A stretch of 63,671 nucleotides of DNA, the filler included, from Guillardia theta CCMP2712 (Eukaryota; Protista; Cryptophyta), in NCBI RefSeq assembly GCF_000315625.1. It is 3 parts of 3 records of this genome, joined end to end, with 100 filler letters (N's around TTAATTAATTAA, not from the genome) between each part and the next. Parts side by side here need not be neighbours in the genome. Positions count along the whole stretch, not along the records: positions 1 to 28,336 come from NW_005434589.1; 2 more parts are not named here. One strand, written 5' to 3'. Under the pieces are notes generated by a model. That model was given only the letters and a program-made list of their open reading frames with translations. It did not search any database and was not told the DNA's origin. The translations under genes were made by a program, and so were the position numbers. This document shows, in pieces, positions 1-12,600 of this stretch (position 1 is its first letter; every line of letters starts with the position of its first letter).

Positions 1-1363
1 GTTGGACCCTGTGTGCCTTGGCAGTCCCAGGGACTTGTGCTTGGTACGAGATTGCTCGATGGATGGTAGTCACTGTTCGGATCGCCCTCTCTGCTCGACC
101 GTTGGCAGCACTTGTGTAGTCCGGGGTAAAATTCCAGATGATCCCCTTCATCTTCACGAATGACTGCAACTGGAGGTTTGCAAACTCCGAGCCGTTGTCA
201 CTCACTACTGTTATGACTGCTGGTCGACCTGAGCGTTCTTCCTGCAAGATCAAACTCTGCATGACTTCCTTAGTTTCGCCTTTTGACGTCAATGGAATCG
301 TTATAATAAATCCACTGTAGGCATCGACCACGACCAAGAAGTAACGAAATCTTCCTGGCTCCGAGACTGTCCCCATGTCTTTCAAATCCACATTCCACTG
401 GCTATTAATCCTTTCGGCTCTTTCTTGTCGGTAGCCGCCTTGGGTTTTGATAGGTAGCTTTGAGAATTTGCTGGTTTGACAAACATGACAAGGACCTGCT
501 GTGCGATGGGTTGGACTGTATGTCACTTTGTTGTTCCCTTTTGCCAACATCCTTTGAACTCTGCCTGACGTATGCCCAAGTCTCCAGTGCCACAGAATGG
601 TTGGAATTGGGTTGAATGGGGAGGCTGGAATGTCCTTGTTGCTCAAGGATTTCAGTGATACCTTGTCTTCTTCAGCAGTGGAGGGCTCTGCTGCACACCT
701 AGTCAGTAGGGCCGCTGCCTCAGTATTACGGCTGCTTGACTGTGCTGCGATGACAAGTGAGTGTCGAGACTTATCAACTGCTGCTTTAAGCACATAGATT
801 CCCTCCCAAAGGTGTACAGGTAACAGTAAGTTATCTGGCATACGAACCCAAGATCCAGTTGACTTCCCAGACAGTTCCACAGTCGTCTCGTCTCCAAGAA
901 ATTGACTCATCGAACAGATGGTGAGCGGAGTCTCTGCACATACCATTGCTGTAAGTACGAATGTATGTGCGATAGTAACATTTCCATTGCTTGTAATTGC
1001 ACATTGCACTCTCATTTCTCCTTCTTCCTCGCACGTAAATGTCTCCCCGCTGGCTGTGCTGACAACAGTGGCTTGTAGACTTTTACGCACATTCGTCAAT
1101 AGAGATCTGTCGCCGCAGAGACTGATATTAGCTCCGGTATCGAGTAACATATGGTGACAACCCGGTAAGTGTACGTTCAGGAACGCCTTAGCTCTGAGCA
1201 ATTTTTCGATATCAAGACAGACGTGCACCCTGCGCATAACTCGTCGTACATGAATGTCACCTGATTGAAATGGATTATCTGTATCTGAGGCTTCCTGACA
1301 AGACTCCACTAGGCCACATCGTCCACCGCCGATCGACCATCTGTCAGGTACAGGACCCTCCTC
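1..1363 (-). CDS. copia pol, partial (aspartic protease, integrase Zn finger and DDE core)
   Basis: Frame is open from the TGA at 1366-1364 to the window edge, so it is absent from the ORF track. Motifs DTGA, HxRLGH...CxxC, D..D..E. Confidence 0.88.
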
Positions 1364-2133
1364 TCATTTGCATGAGGAGCGGCTTGCCTCCGCGGTACTT
1401 CTGTCCGGCTGGAATGATCAGGAGCAAGTCTCTCCATCAGTCGGTCTGTCAAAATATCGAGTTTTTCCTCCAGCAAGGCAACACGACTGTTGTCATACAT
1501 ACGAGTCCCGGGATCGTGCCTCATGCCCCTAGTCGCATGTCCAGGCCCGTGTCCCCTCTGTCTCCTTCTTTGCCACGAATCTCCCGAGCTGCCCGCAGTG
1601 CCGCCTGCTGCTCGTCCTACAACCGAGTCCTCCTGCTCTTCGTCAGATTGCACCCGAGGCTGGTGATCATCACGGTGCGGGATCAGAGGGCCCGTCCAGT
1701 GCTCTCGTCGTCCTCTGCGACCTGGTTGCATCCGCCCTCGTCCCCCACGATTGGCTCCCTTCCCTCTTGGATTGAAGCGACCTCTCCCATCGTGTTGCCT
1801 GTATGATGGAGCTCCTTCGCAGCTGCCGTTGCCTTCTTCTCGCGTCTGCAACGCTTGCTGTTCTTGCGATCTGCCGCGTGAGGGATTTCGCCATTGTCCT
1901 CGCCGATGAGTGTTACCATGGGCCTGCCAGGGAGAATGATCAGGGGCTTGTTGCTGATCATACGACTGCGAGTCACGCCATCCTCCGCCGCGCGAGTCCG
2001 AACCACGATGTCTCCCATGCTGGAATCCTCGTCCCGGTACATCGTTATTCCTGCCATGTCGAGCACCACTTGATCCTGGCTCTGACGATGGATGATCGGA
2101 ATGTTTGGTGGCCCCTATTTGAGCATGGCCCAA
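1309..2133 (-). CDS. RGG/basic low-complexity ORF, probable gag C-terminal (nucleocapsid-like) region
   Basis: 274-aa R/G/Q-rich ORF between the gag-like ORF and the protease. It is +1 relative to both neighbours. Confidence 0.5.
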   Translation of the reverse strand: MGHAQIGATKHSDHPSSEPGSSGARHGRNNDVPGRGFQHGRHRGSDSRGGGWRDSQSYDQQQAPDHSPWQAHGNTHRRGQWRNPSRGRSQEQQALQTREEGNGSCEGAPSYRQHDGRGRFNPRGKGANRGGRGRMQPGRRGRREHWTGPLIPHRDDHQPRVQSDEEQEDSVVGRAAGGTAGSSGDSWQRRRQRGHGPGHATRGMRHDPGTRMYDNSRVALLEEKLDILTDRLMERLAPDHSSRTEVPRRQAAPHANERRVLYLTDGRSAVDDVA

Positions 2134-2173
2134 GTTGGCTGTCTTATGATGACGCAGTGTAGGCCCTTCATAT

Positions 2174-3625
2174 TCAAGTTCGCGCCTTGTGCTCGGCGTA
2201 GATATTAGAAATTCTGCGCTGAACTTCCGACATGGTTATCAATCTTCCCTCAGCAGCCTGTATCCTCCCCAAGAAAGATACTTCGTCGATCTTCGACGTC
2301 TTACATTTGCCCAGAAGACTCCGCACTAATTCCTTTTCCAAGTCAACAACTTCTTGAGTGCCACCCGTCGAGATTGCTTCTTTCCTTTTCAACTGCTTGA
2401 GGAGGGAGCAAACCTCTAGGGGGATGTCAAGCAGTTTCTCGAAGTCATCAACTTCAGCCTCCGAGACTAGACTCTTGACGCGGTCAATCAGATTTCTCGG
2501 TGCTGTACGGTTCCTGAATTGAAGTGATATCCAATATTTCACATAAGAGAATCCGAGGTATCCAGACAGAGGATAATCTTCTTGCCCCGACAGTCGTAAT
2601 GCTCTAGGAAAGATCTCCGTCAGTCGATTTTTGAAGAACTGATTGATTTCTTCCGTAATCTCCATCACGTCTTTGTATAGGACCGCAATGCCCTGTACTG
2701 TTTTATCATTTGTCAAATCCCAAGGTAGTCTCTGCCTCAGTCTTGCCCTTCTGCTTTCCCCGCTAGCAGTGACTTCTGCATCGATTAACCACTGGTAGTT
2801 TTCTTGGTCATCAGGCTCCTGTGACTCCTCCTGGAACTCGTCGAAACGTCTCTTCAGATCGGTTACAGTTGCCTCTACTCGCTTGATGGACTTGAACGGC
2901 CAGTTTTTCCTGAGAAAAACTCCCACGACGATTCCTTTCCATTCGATTGTCGTGTAAAACTTTCCTTCGTCATCATCGAAATCTACATGCTCTTCCCAAG
3001 ACGTAAGACTCTTTTCCAGCCTGGAACCCAAGTTTACACCGTCTTCTTCGGTGATCGGGAACAATGACAAGATATTCATGAACACGTCTCGTAGTCCTGG
3101 CCTGACTCGTTCGAGAGTTGTGAAAAACGGATTGAGCGTACCCCACATTTCCTCCTCCGTCTTAAAAACACTGTTGCCCGAATTGTCTTTCAGCTTAGTC
3201 AAATCGATGCTTGTTTTTGAGAACGCTTCATGAATTTCCATTGCCATTTTGATATCAGAACCCATGTACTCTCCAACTGATGTCACTCCGAATGTGAGAG
3301 TAAGAGTCCACTGGTTGCCGTGATACAAGGTTTCTCGAGAAATAGAATATCTAGGCACTGATATTCTAAAAATTTTAGAATATGTTGAAGTTCCCAGTAA
3401 CCTTCTCTCCACAGACGGTGACACAGTCACAGTAGCAGTGACACTCGAAGTAGACAGTGATAGCACCGACTGCAAGTTTCTGTAGCAGTGGTAATAGATA
3501 TCACGAATGGATGGCCGCGCAGGAAAGATATCAGGATACAGAGAACAAACGGAGGTGATAAGAGATTGGTATGGATGGTCAAGCTTGTTTACTTCAAGCA
3601 ATCCAGTCTCACAGAGACTATACAC
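2174..3625 (-). CDS. gag-like ORF of the copia element
   Basis: 483-aa intronless ORF upstream of pol, in the same frame and strand, with a helical-looking C-terminal half. Assigned mainly by position. Confidence 0.6.
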   Translation of the reverse strand: MYSLCETGLLEVNKLDHPYQSLITSVCSLYPDIFPARPSIRDIYYHCYRNLQSVLSLSTSSVTATVTVSPSVERRLLGTSTYSKIFRISVPRYSISRETLYHGNQWTLTLTFGVTSVGEYMGSDIKMAMEIHEAFSKTSIDLTKLKDNSGNSVFKTEEEMWGTLNPFFTTLERVRPGLRDVFMNILSLFPITEEDGVNLGSRLEKSLTSWEEHVDFDDDEGKFYTTIEWKGIVVGVFLRKNWPFKSIKRVEATVTDLKRRFDEFQEESQEPDDQENYQWLIDAEVTASGESRRARLRQRLPWDLTNDKTVQGIAVLYKDVMEITEEINQFFKNRLTEIFPRALRLSGQEDYPLSGYLGFSYVKYWISLQFRNRTAPRNLIDRVKSLVSEAEVDDFEKLLDIPLEVCSLLKQLKRKEAISTGGTQEVVDLEKELVRSLLGKCKTSKIDEVSFLGRIQAAEGRLITMSEVQRRISNIYAEHKART

Positions 3626-4710
3626 CTCGTTCTCCTTTCCCTGTCCTGCAAATGCGTGCGGCCCTTCTTCCTCTTCCTCGGTCCCTAAAATAGGGGCTGC
3701 CCGGTCCTAGGAACTACCACTACCGGTACTCTACGCTTCTTATCTGCGATATGATTCTTCGACCGGTCCGAGGCCTGGTTCCGTACCTTGAGGGTCCCCT
3801 GAGAAAGAGTCATAGGCTTGACATGACGAGGTCTTCGATTCTCATCCAACGCTCTCTGTGAAGTTGACGTAGCTGCTCCCTTGACCTTGACAGGTCCTGT
3901 GTCTCCGTAGGAGCATGCTTGGAGGTGGTCTCGTGCATTCCTTGTATGTCCTCCGCTAAGATGATCATGATAGTACTGTCTTCTTTGATCAGACCCCTTG
4001 TTCTCCCATGTCCATGACTTCAGGGGTGATACTTCCAATCTCCCCTTGAGCGTAGCCGTATCCTGCCACCGTGTCATCTGCTGTCCTGTCGTGGACTGAT
4101 ATAAGCTGACTCGCTTATCTCCTGCTGCCATCCACGAGTCCTAAGTTCTTGCTGTCTTCTTCATGATTCTCCTACGTCGCCCTTATTGTAGCTGTTGCTG
4201 TCCTCTCCAGGGACGCATTCCGAGGCTCTAAGCATCTGTGCACTTGAGCCACGTCGATTACTTGGCATTGTCTGAGGTGAAGCTTCCTCCTATAAGGTGC
4301 TTCAACAAGCCATAGCTTGACCCTTTGAAAGTCGTATTTCTGAACACGAAGGAGAGACCAGTGCTGAGCGCGTTTATCTTAACAATTCTCTTCGAAGGAA
4401 ATACGGGTCCATTGGTTTTTTGTAGAAAAGTTGATATCTTCATCGATCTGTTGACGATCAACAACATAGGTCAAAGCATAGAGAGACTGTTTGAATTTTG
4501 CGCTCACTGCCATTTTGTGATGTTCGTGGGTAGAGTTGGGGGTGGTCGATAGGGGTACTGTAGTATGTTGATATGGGGGTACTGTAATAGGGGTACCTAT
4601 TTATAACTCATATTATAAAACACGTCATTGACTCATGAGCTAATATGAGGGGTACTTAGGCTTGCAAAGAGGGGGTGGTTATGCGAACACGGGTGGCAGA
4701 GATTACTATA

Positions 4711-5062
4711 GTAACTACCGGGTACTACCACTCCACCTGTAGTGTCAGGTTTATGTACCCCCTATACCCCCTGTCTGTCCCGTATTTTCATTAGTAACCA
4801 CCGGGTACTCCCCCTCCACCTGTGATGTCAGGTTTATGTACCCCCTGTACCCCCTGACTGTACCATATTTTCATTAGTAACCACCGGGTACTCCCACTCC
4901 ACCTGTAATGTCAGGTTTATGTACCCCCAGTACCCCCTGTCTGTACCATATTTTCATAGTAACCACCGGGTACTCCCACTCCACCTGTAATGTCAGGTTT
5001 ATGTACCCCCAGTACCCCCTGTCTGTACCATATTTTCATTAGTAACCACCGGGTACTACCCC
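4711..5062. repeat. ~83-bp tandem repeat, about 4.2 copies
   Basis: GTAAC(C/T)ACCGGGTACT recurs at 4711, 4794, 4877, 4959 and 5042 with near-identical intervening sequence. Confidence 0.95.
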
Positions 5063-6765
5063 ATTTCAGTCAACCCTAAAGCCTCAACCCAGCTGGAGAC
5101 TAATAGACCGAAATAGATACAGTAACGACAACCATGAACACCAACGGCCACTTCAACAACGCCATTAGCACTTTCCTTAAAGAGCTCAATGAGTTTGACG
5201 AGGAGAAATACGCCGGACGGCATCGTCGGGCCTCATTGCACACCATCAGGTCCGTGTGGAATTGCTTTAAGGATGACCAGAAGCTTCACCACTGGTATCT
5301 CCTCTACGTTCTTCAACCCGCGCGCCGCGGGTTGCTTTTCCGGCCGGGCGCTCATAGGAAAAATTGGCAATATTTTTTTTTTTTCGAAGGGCCTGAAGGG
5401 TCCCTTCATTTCATGCCATATGGGAGTACCCTACTTTGAGGAGGCGTGTGGGAGGGTACTCGCTCTTAGGAAAATCGTTGCTGCGCAGGGCCAAAGAGGG
5501 GTAGGGTGATTTGAATTTGGTTGCTTGGACACCTCACCACGCCAAACCAAAGTAAAAGTACGAATTTTAGAAGTATCTGTGGTACCAACTTAATATTGCA
5601 GCGTTTATATGGTACAAAACGAGGGCCAAACTGGTCGGAACTTCGACTTCCGAGAACCCCTCCGTTTGACTTTCGTTGGGGGGTGGGGTGGGTACGGAGC
5701 CCTCAACTACCCACCTTTGAAACAGTTTGAAACTCTGTGATAGGGGGTGGGGGGTAGCCCCCTTTTCTCATTCCCCAAGCCCCCTCTCCCTGGACGAGCA
5801 AGAGGCGATGAAATGGTGCCTTCCTGACTCGCGAGGATGAACCTTGATATTGAGAGACTTCGAATCCAACCCAACTGAGATAGGAATGAGATGGAGATCT
5901 CATATCATACCTGTAAGATATGATCGAGCTTCTTACTCAACTCTGCAGGTTGGGCCAAGGTTTGAATCATCCATCGTGTACTGGAATATGCACCCTAGGT
6001 TCAAACAATCCGCGAGTGTGCTTGCAAATATTCTTCGAAGACAAGATGAAATTTTCATGAACAGCTAAGCAACTAATAATAGATTCACCATTGAACAGAA
6101 TCAACTCTGATTGACCCTTCTTTCAAATTGCCGTAGGTTGCACGTTGAGCACAAATGCATGATTTGTGAGAAATTTGTATCAAAATTTGTACTTTAAGCG
6201 ACTTTGCTGTCTAGATATGTGTTCTCATGTCATCACTCACTTTGAATTCTTCTAGTCTTACGTTCAGGATTCATGCACCTCACTTTTCTATTGAGAAAGC
6301 TTTACATGCTCAACCGTTCAATGATGCATGAAGAGACGTTTGCACAAAGGATTTCTTTACCTGCCAGGATAGATGACTTTAAATAATCGTTGTTGATCAT
6401 GAATCACTATATCCATGATCAAGTGCATTGACAATCGCATTTCCATGTTTCATGACCTTGGATGATGTTTCTGCACTGCAACTTCTTCCTCTGTCATGAC
6501 ATTTCCATAACGCTGCAGAAACCGAGTTAGAAATGAAACAATGTGCAGATGAATCTGATATCAATAAATGAGATGTTCTTCGAATCAATCCTGCCTTGTT
6601 TGGACAGTTCGCAATGCTACCATGCAACAGTAGAGTTGTTGTCGCATTTGGCTGTACAGAGGGGTGCCTTGTTCAACAGAACAAGCACTCGATGATTGTA
6701 AACGAACCGCAAACACTGTGAATCAATAAACAGAATTCCACATTCAGGTGATCATATCTTTATTA

Positions 6766-7460
6766 CAAGCGTTTCAATCTGGCTGGTATCGTCACGAAGC
6801 TCCATCAACAGGGACTGCGACACACCCGGACCCTTGTTCCTCAGCATGGCCCCACCAACCGACACATGGGCGACCTTTGGCTCCCTGGCCTCTCCACCCA
6901 CACCTGGAATGGGCTGGTTCTGGACTTCACGATGACACATCCCTACAACAGCAGCGGCAGCCCCGTCGGACTTTCTGCGCTCTCCGGCCCCGCCCAACAG
7001 AAGATTTCCGATCATCGCGCAAGTTATGGCACCCATCACCCGCCGAAGGCCTTTCTTCCCTTCACTGCAGGTACGGATGGTCTTCTTCATGCTGACGCTT
7101 TGCGGTTTCTCTGGTACCTGGCGGATCACCATGGAGCTACGCTGACAGCGGAGTGGGATGGATGCGCTCAGGAGGCGGTGTATGGGGACCCTGGCTTTCA
7201 TCGTTTGCGTGCTCGCCTGTTTCGGCAGTATCGCTCTCGTATGGGTCTTGCCGTCCTCCTCGCAGGGGCCTTGCGCTACTGCTCTTTGTCCTGATCCTTG
7301 TTCCCCTGCTTGTCGTGCGTGCGGCCGTCGCTTGCGTGGTTGGAGTGCCGGTTTTCGCTGCCTCCTTCGTTTCCTAGTATTTTATTGAGGCGGGTTTGTA
7401 GGCTTTATCCTCCCCCTCCTTTGTTTGCTTCGGTTTGTCCTTCTTTTTCAGTCAAATAAA
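6766..7460 (+). mobile_element. 5'-truncated RLE-type non-LTR retrotransposon (CRE/R2-like): endonuclease domain plus 3' UTR
   Basis: ORF 6866-7294 reads GD...LDFTMTHP...K...Y...AFLPF..GTDG.LH..ALRFLWYLA, the restriction-like endonuclease C-terminus pattern. It is followed by a T/G-rich UTR ending in AAATAAA, and is homologous to 26812-27070. Confidence 0.75.
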
Positions 7461-7654
7461 GAGTTTGCTTGTGGTTCGATGCGTCTTGAAGCGGCGAGGA
7501 CTATGGGACCCTTGACCAACCCTACAGAGCCGGAAAGAAGTGAGGCGATGAGAGAAACACGTCAGAGAGATGGAGCAGGAGGAGAAGATGCAGATGAAAC
7601 ATGACGGCGAGGAAGACGAGGAATGTGCGAAGCTCCTTTCATCGGACCCTCAAA

Positions 7655-9458
7655 ATGTCGACGCTCAGCCTGAGTACGCCATCGCACCGCCTTTCCTGCA
7701 GATCACCCCTTGCAACTTGTGTCAACTTGTCTTGTTTCCTTCTCCTCGTGATCACACAAGCAGCTTCTTGGTTCGTGGTACACCCGCAAGTAGCATGCAG
7801 GCAGAGCTTGTCGGGAGGGGCTGACAACCCGAACAAGATCTACAGAGACTCCGAGGTCGTGTCGGAAGAGGCCTGGAGGGATCTGATCCACACAGACATA
7901 TCCGACAAAATGATTCTACAAGACTCATCCGAATGCACTGATATAACTGATGGTGACCACTCGAATGATCAAGACTTGCAAGGAACCAAACAGGGAGGAC
8001 GACATGAACAGGTTATCGTCTTCCTTCATGCCATTGCAGGGCGTCACTTGTTGAGACAGATCAAGGAGCACTTGAAGCATCTTAAAGAAGTACATCTGAG
8101 AGACTTGCAGCAAGACTCCAACGCTGGGATGAGTCCAGGTGCATCGAAGAGGGAAAGGGTGAGGATGCGAGACACTGCGTCTACAAGGACTCGCCGTCAG
8201 GTTTTCTTGGCCAAGGATGATGTGGATGAAGTGCAAAGCTATGTTGAGGCATCTCGCAGGAAAATGATCGATACGGTCGGTTCCTTCTGATATGTCTTGA
8301 ACGCATTCTCATGATTGAAAACTTGACACTGATGCAGCTCAGGAAAAACTCACCGGGGCTGCATCCAACCGGAAACAGGACCACTTCAAAGCTTGAGGTT
8401 GGGGTGTGAAGTTTGAAGAATCTGTGATGATTTTGATGACAGAAACTTCTGAACATCTCCTACGACATAGGCAGAGATACTATGAATCCGAAACAAAGAC
8501 ATAAGGAAGGTGAGATGGGAAAAACTTTCGAAGTTGTCAGCTCGCCTTTACCTTGGCGTGAGCAGTCAAGCCTCGTCAATCTAGGGAGTCTGCCTCCAAG
8601 ACTCCAGTCAGAGGTGATCTCGACATCTAGTCAACTTCTCAGCGTGAAGGCTCTGTTTTCCTGGCGCAGCCTCAAGTCGACTCTCTTCGCTCTCCCCGTC
8701 CCCTTCGCTGCTGCAAAGTCTGCCCAAGAGGTGGAATTCCAGCGCCATGTCGGAGAGCGAAAGCCACATGTACACGAGTGAGAGCAGCAGGAAGCCCCAA
8801 GGCGAACAGCTTGCGGTCGTCACGGCGATCGATAGTCGTGCTTCTACACCGACGCAAAACGGCACGGACGGTGAAGAGCTGAAAACTGACTTGAATGTAT
8901 GATGACACCTACCTGTGGTTTCGCTCAGCCTCGAACATGACGAGCAGTAGCCATGTGCAGATCCATGATATTGGGTTCAGAGGTCCATCTCTGCGACAGA
9001 TCCAAGCACAGGATACGTGGGGGTCAATGTGCTGCACTCTTCGAGTGAATTTGCTTGTTCAGTCTGGAGGAGCTGCTGCCAGACTTTGATTTGGATCAGC
9101 TCAAGGACAAGACTCTCCATGACCTGCAGGTACATTGAGATGGGCTCGTGATGGTTGATAGGATGATCTGCTTACTCGAGGCATACTGTCGCGAATACGG
9201 CCTTCCTTCTCGAGGAACCAAGTCCGAGCTCATCCATAGGTTGATTCACTCCAGAGCAGGTTGCTTTCCCCCCAATGTCTACCTCCTCTGATTTCTCTCC
9301 AATTCTCCCTCCCTTTCTCCCCATCCTTCTGCTGCATCTCCTCGTCCACTTCCTCGCCCTCGCTCACATCTGCTATATCCTCCCTGTCCTGCATCACCTT
9401 GTTGCCACAGAGATCGGCATGCGAGAAGAGACCCGAAGACTCTGTCATGGAACTTTGA
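7655..9458 (+). CDS. multi-exon protein with an N-terminal hydrophobic segment and a C-terminal SAP domain
   Basis: The first large exon lies in ORF 7601-8290. The exon at ~9162-9239 reads LLEAYCREYGLPSRGTKSELIHR (SAP consensus). Joining into one gene is inferred. Confidence 0.55.
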
Positions 9459-9619
9459 AAGGATTTGGCTGGGGTTGTGGGCAAGGGGAAGCTCTTCTAG
9501 AGGTGCAAGAGACTACAAACTCTTCTTCCCTTCCTCCTGCTGTTTGCCCATCCCATGTCAGCAGCTCCCTCGTTCTCTTCTCATCTCCTGCAGCTCTCTC
9601 CAACTGTTCTCTCCGATCT

Positions 9620-12600
9620 TGATGCTCAAGTTCATGATAGGACTGGGCTACGCATGGTCCCTTCCATCGTTCGTTTCCAGTCAGCCAGGAGTATCAGGAT
9701 CAGTTGAAAAAGGTGAAGGAATCCATGAGAAGAAAGAGGAAGTTTGTCTCCCAAGAAGCTGACGAAGACAACGAAGACGATGTCACGGTGTATTTGAGAT
9801 CTCCTTTCAAACTCTACCTTGATCCCTCTGACATCTTTGCTCTTCACTCTCCCCCTCTTCTAATTCTTCTGGCCCATCACGGTTTTCGCTGCCAGGAGCA
9901 TGGGCCGCTTGTAGATGCTTTCATTGAGCAATGTGAATCTGTTGAAAGCATCGAGAATCTTTGCTGAGACGTGACTTGTGTCAGCTGTCCGTGGAACCCT
10001 AGACGGAGAAGAGAGTCAAGGTGCGATGAGCGAGCAAGAAGACACAAGTGACGTCTCATCAGAGAGCGATCCCCATTCTTCTCCTCCTCCTTCCAACAGC
10101 AAGTTGCGGATGAAGACTGACGGCGAGTTCTCGTTTGACACCGAGGTAATCTCGCTGCCGTGGTGGAGACGGACGTTGACGTTTGAGAAGGACGAAGAAG
10201 AAGACCTGAACAACTTCAAGAAGAAGTTGAAATGCTGGTGCGGGGGCGGCAGCTGGTTGGTCTGCAGCGGACGTTCTCACCTGCTCGATCCAGCCTGGCG
10301 GAGACTTACGAGGAGACGCTGAAGAGGAAGAAGCAGTTTGAAGAGATCTTTCAGAGCGACAGTGAGATCACGAGGAACCTTTCTCTCTACCCCGAGAGAG
10401 ACTCCAGCGACTCTGAGATCCGTAGCCCTCGCGTTGATGAGGTGAGGGGGGTACGAGGGGCCGTCAAGTTGTGACATGATCATAGTTCGATGATCAAGAG
10501 CAGCTCTTCAGCGAGTGAGAACGCTCCCCTGCTGTGGTTGACCGACACGTTCACTGCAGCAGCTCTAACGTCGCTCCCTCGAGTTCCAGTAAGCGAGTCA
10601 ACACGAAGAGGTCGGACGTTGTGTGACCCTGACGTGCTCGACGACTGACCTGCATCAGAACCCGTCCGAAACCTCCTCCTGGGTTCGTCTACACCCAAGA
10701 TTTCCTTCCTGTACCCGCCTCTTCTCCTCCGATGCTCCCCGTCACCCTTGCACAGGAATGCGACCCCGATACCACTCCTGTCTTCTGCATCCACCCTGAC
10801 ATCCTAAGGGTGACCAGCGCCCTTGACGATCCCTCAGCCCCTCACGCTGGGAGCAGGAAGGAGGAAGACGCCTCAACTTGACTTTGGAACGGCTGGAAAA
10901 GATCGAGAAGGTGAGTCCCTGATTGGCCTCAAGAGGCTGAGGATGTCTCCCTTGCAGTACAACATGTCTGGTTGGATCGGAAAATATCTGGACCCTGATT
11001 CCGAGGACGAGCATTTCAACAAGCTCATGAAGGAGTGGACGGTAACGTTGCTCCTCCTCCTCCTCCTCCCCCCCCCCCCCCCCCCCCCCGAGTCTCCTCT
11101 CGTTCCTCCTCTCCACCTCCAAGCTCCTCTCTCCCTCTGTCCTCCTCTTCGCCTCCATCTCTTCGCATCTTTGCTACTGACATTCTGGAAGGACATGGAT
11201 CCGGATGAGATGGCCAAGGCCGAGAAGAAGGCATTCGACAAGCTGCAGAGATCGCTCATATTCCCGCGACCGTAAGTCTGTGAAGGGAGGGGAGCAGGGG
11301 AGGGGAGCAGGGGAGGGGGCGGCAGAGCAAGATGAGGCATCTTCAGTCAGATTATTCTCATACTTCCCTTCTTGCAGAAATTCTCTCGAAGCTGACATCT
11401 TCCCTCCATCTGCTCAACGAGCCTACGAAGCCTTCGTACACAACAAGGAGGGAAGCGTCAAGTAGGAGCCAACTCTCCTCGACTCCTCCTCCCTCCTCCC
11501 CCATCCTCTCTCTCTTCGACTTTGTCGCGAGTCTGATGCTAGCCCCCGAGGAAGGTGGATGGCTACCCTAAGTACTGCTACGATCCCAATGTGATCTCCT
11601 CCTCCTCCGACGAGGGTCTGGTGAACTACAAAGAATCGTGAGAACGAGAAGTTCTGAGCACGGCGCAGGAGGTGAAGGAGCTGGACCTTGTCAAAGCTCT
11701 TCAGAACTCTTTGACGGTACGAGATGATGCTCTGTCCCCTTCCTTGTCTTGTCCCTTTCTTTTCTGATATCCATGTTCTCCTCTCCTCTCCGCACTCCTC
11801 CTCTCCTCTCCTCTCCTCTCCTCTCCTCTCCTCTCCTCTCCTCTCCGCACTCCTCCTCTCCTCTCCTCTCCTCTCCTCTCCTCTCCTCTCCTCTCCTCTC
11901 CTCTCCTCTCCTCTCCTCTCCTCTCCTCTCCTCTCCTCTCCTCTCCTCTCCTCTCTGCCATACCATCGCCGTAAAGCTGAAAGCATTCATGTCCAGAGGC
12001 AGGATCACATCGACAAGTTCAAAGAGCTCTACGAGGACCCGACATTCGTGAGGAAGCTTTATCGACGTCTCTCCTCTCATGCTTGACAGTCGGAGACTCA
12101 TATCTTCAGCGAGTTCGTCAATCGCGTGCCTGACGCCCGAGACTTCAAGCCCGAGTGGTCGCTTACCGCCCCCTCCCCTTGCTCCCCTCACCAGCACGAA
12201 CAGGCTCGATGACTCGCTTCATGACCTTGAAAGATGTCAGATCGGCCTGCCAGCGCAGAAAGTCGCCTTCAGGGATCCCTGGTTGCAGCGGTGGTGGGAG
12301 CAGTACCAGGTGCGGCGTAGCTCCTGCCCCTTCCCACTTTCCTTGTCCTTCACCTCGCCCCTGCTCCCTAGAGAAGATGCCGGGCCAGGTTTTCCTCCTC
12401 CTCGCTGGAAGCCTGACACAGTTGTAGGCTGAGTTGATCTTGGAAGTGACCGGCCTCGCGTGGGATGGTCATAGAGTAGTTCACAACCCTGAGGCGACGT
12501 CGATCAGCGTACGAGTTTTGACCTGCCCGGCGCTCCCTGTGACTACCAGGACAGCCTGACGTGGACACGAGCTACGTGGAACGGCAACTGGGAATCAACA

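Larger units (their letters stand above)
1..4513 (-). mobile_element. Ty1/copia LTR retrotransposon, 5' part (gag-like, protease, integrase); runs off the window start; degenerate in the gag region
   Basis: Minus-strand translation gives protease LLDTGANISLC (~1150), GAG-pre-integrase LWHWRLGH and CHVC (~590-480), then integrase core WNVDLKDM...VVVDAYSG...SDNGSEF...NGRAERAIRT. Integrase directly after protease is the copia order. No LTR recognised. Confidence 0.9.

Noticed and set aside
1309-3710. Programmed frameshifts between the copia ORFs
   Set aside because: No canonical slippery heptamer in the overlaps, and further stops occur upstream, so mutational decay is simpler.
4711-5062. Possible CRISPR-like array
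   Set aside because: Whole units repeat with no unique spacers, there are no cas genes, and the context is eukaryotic.
5134-6740. Short ORFs and possible exons
   Set aside because: No recognisable motif or consistent splice model.
11423-12197. ORFs with EERRG/SSPLL repeats (similarly poly-LF, poly-D, poly-WC and poly-X ORFs elsewhere)
   Set aside because: Translations of microsatellites or N-gaps.
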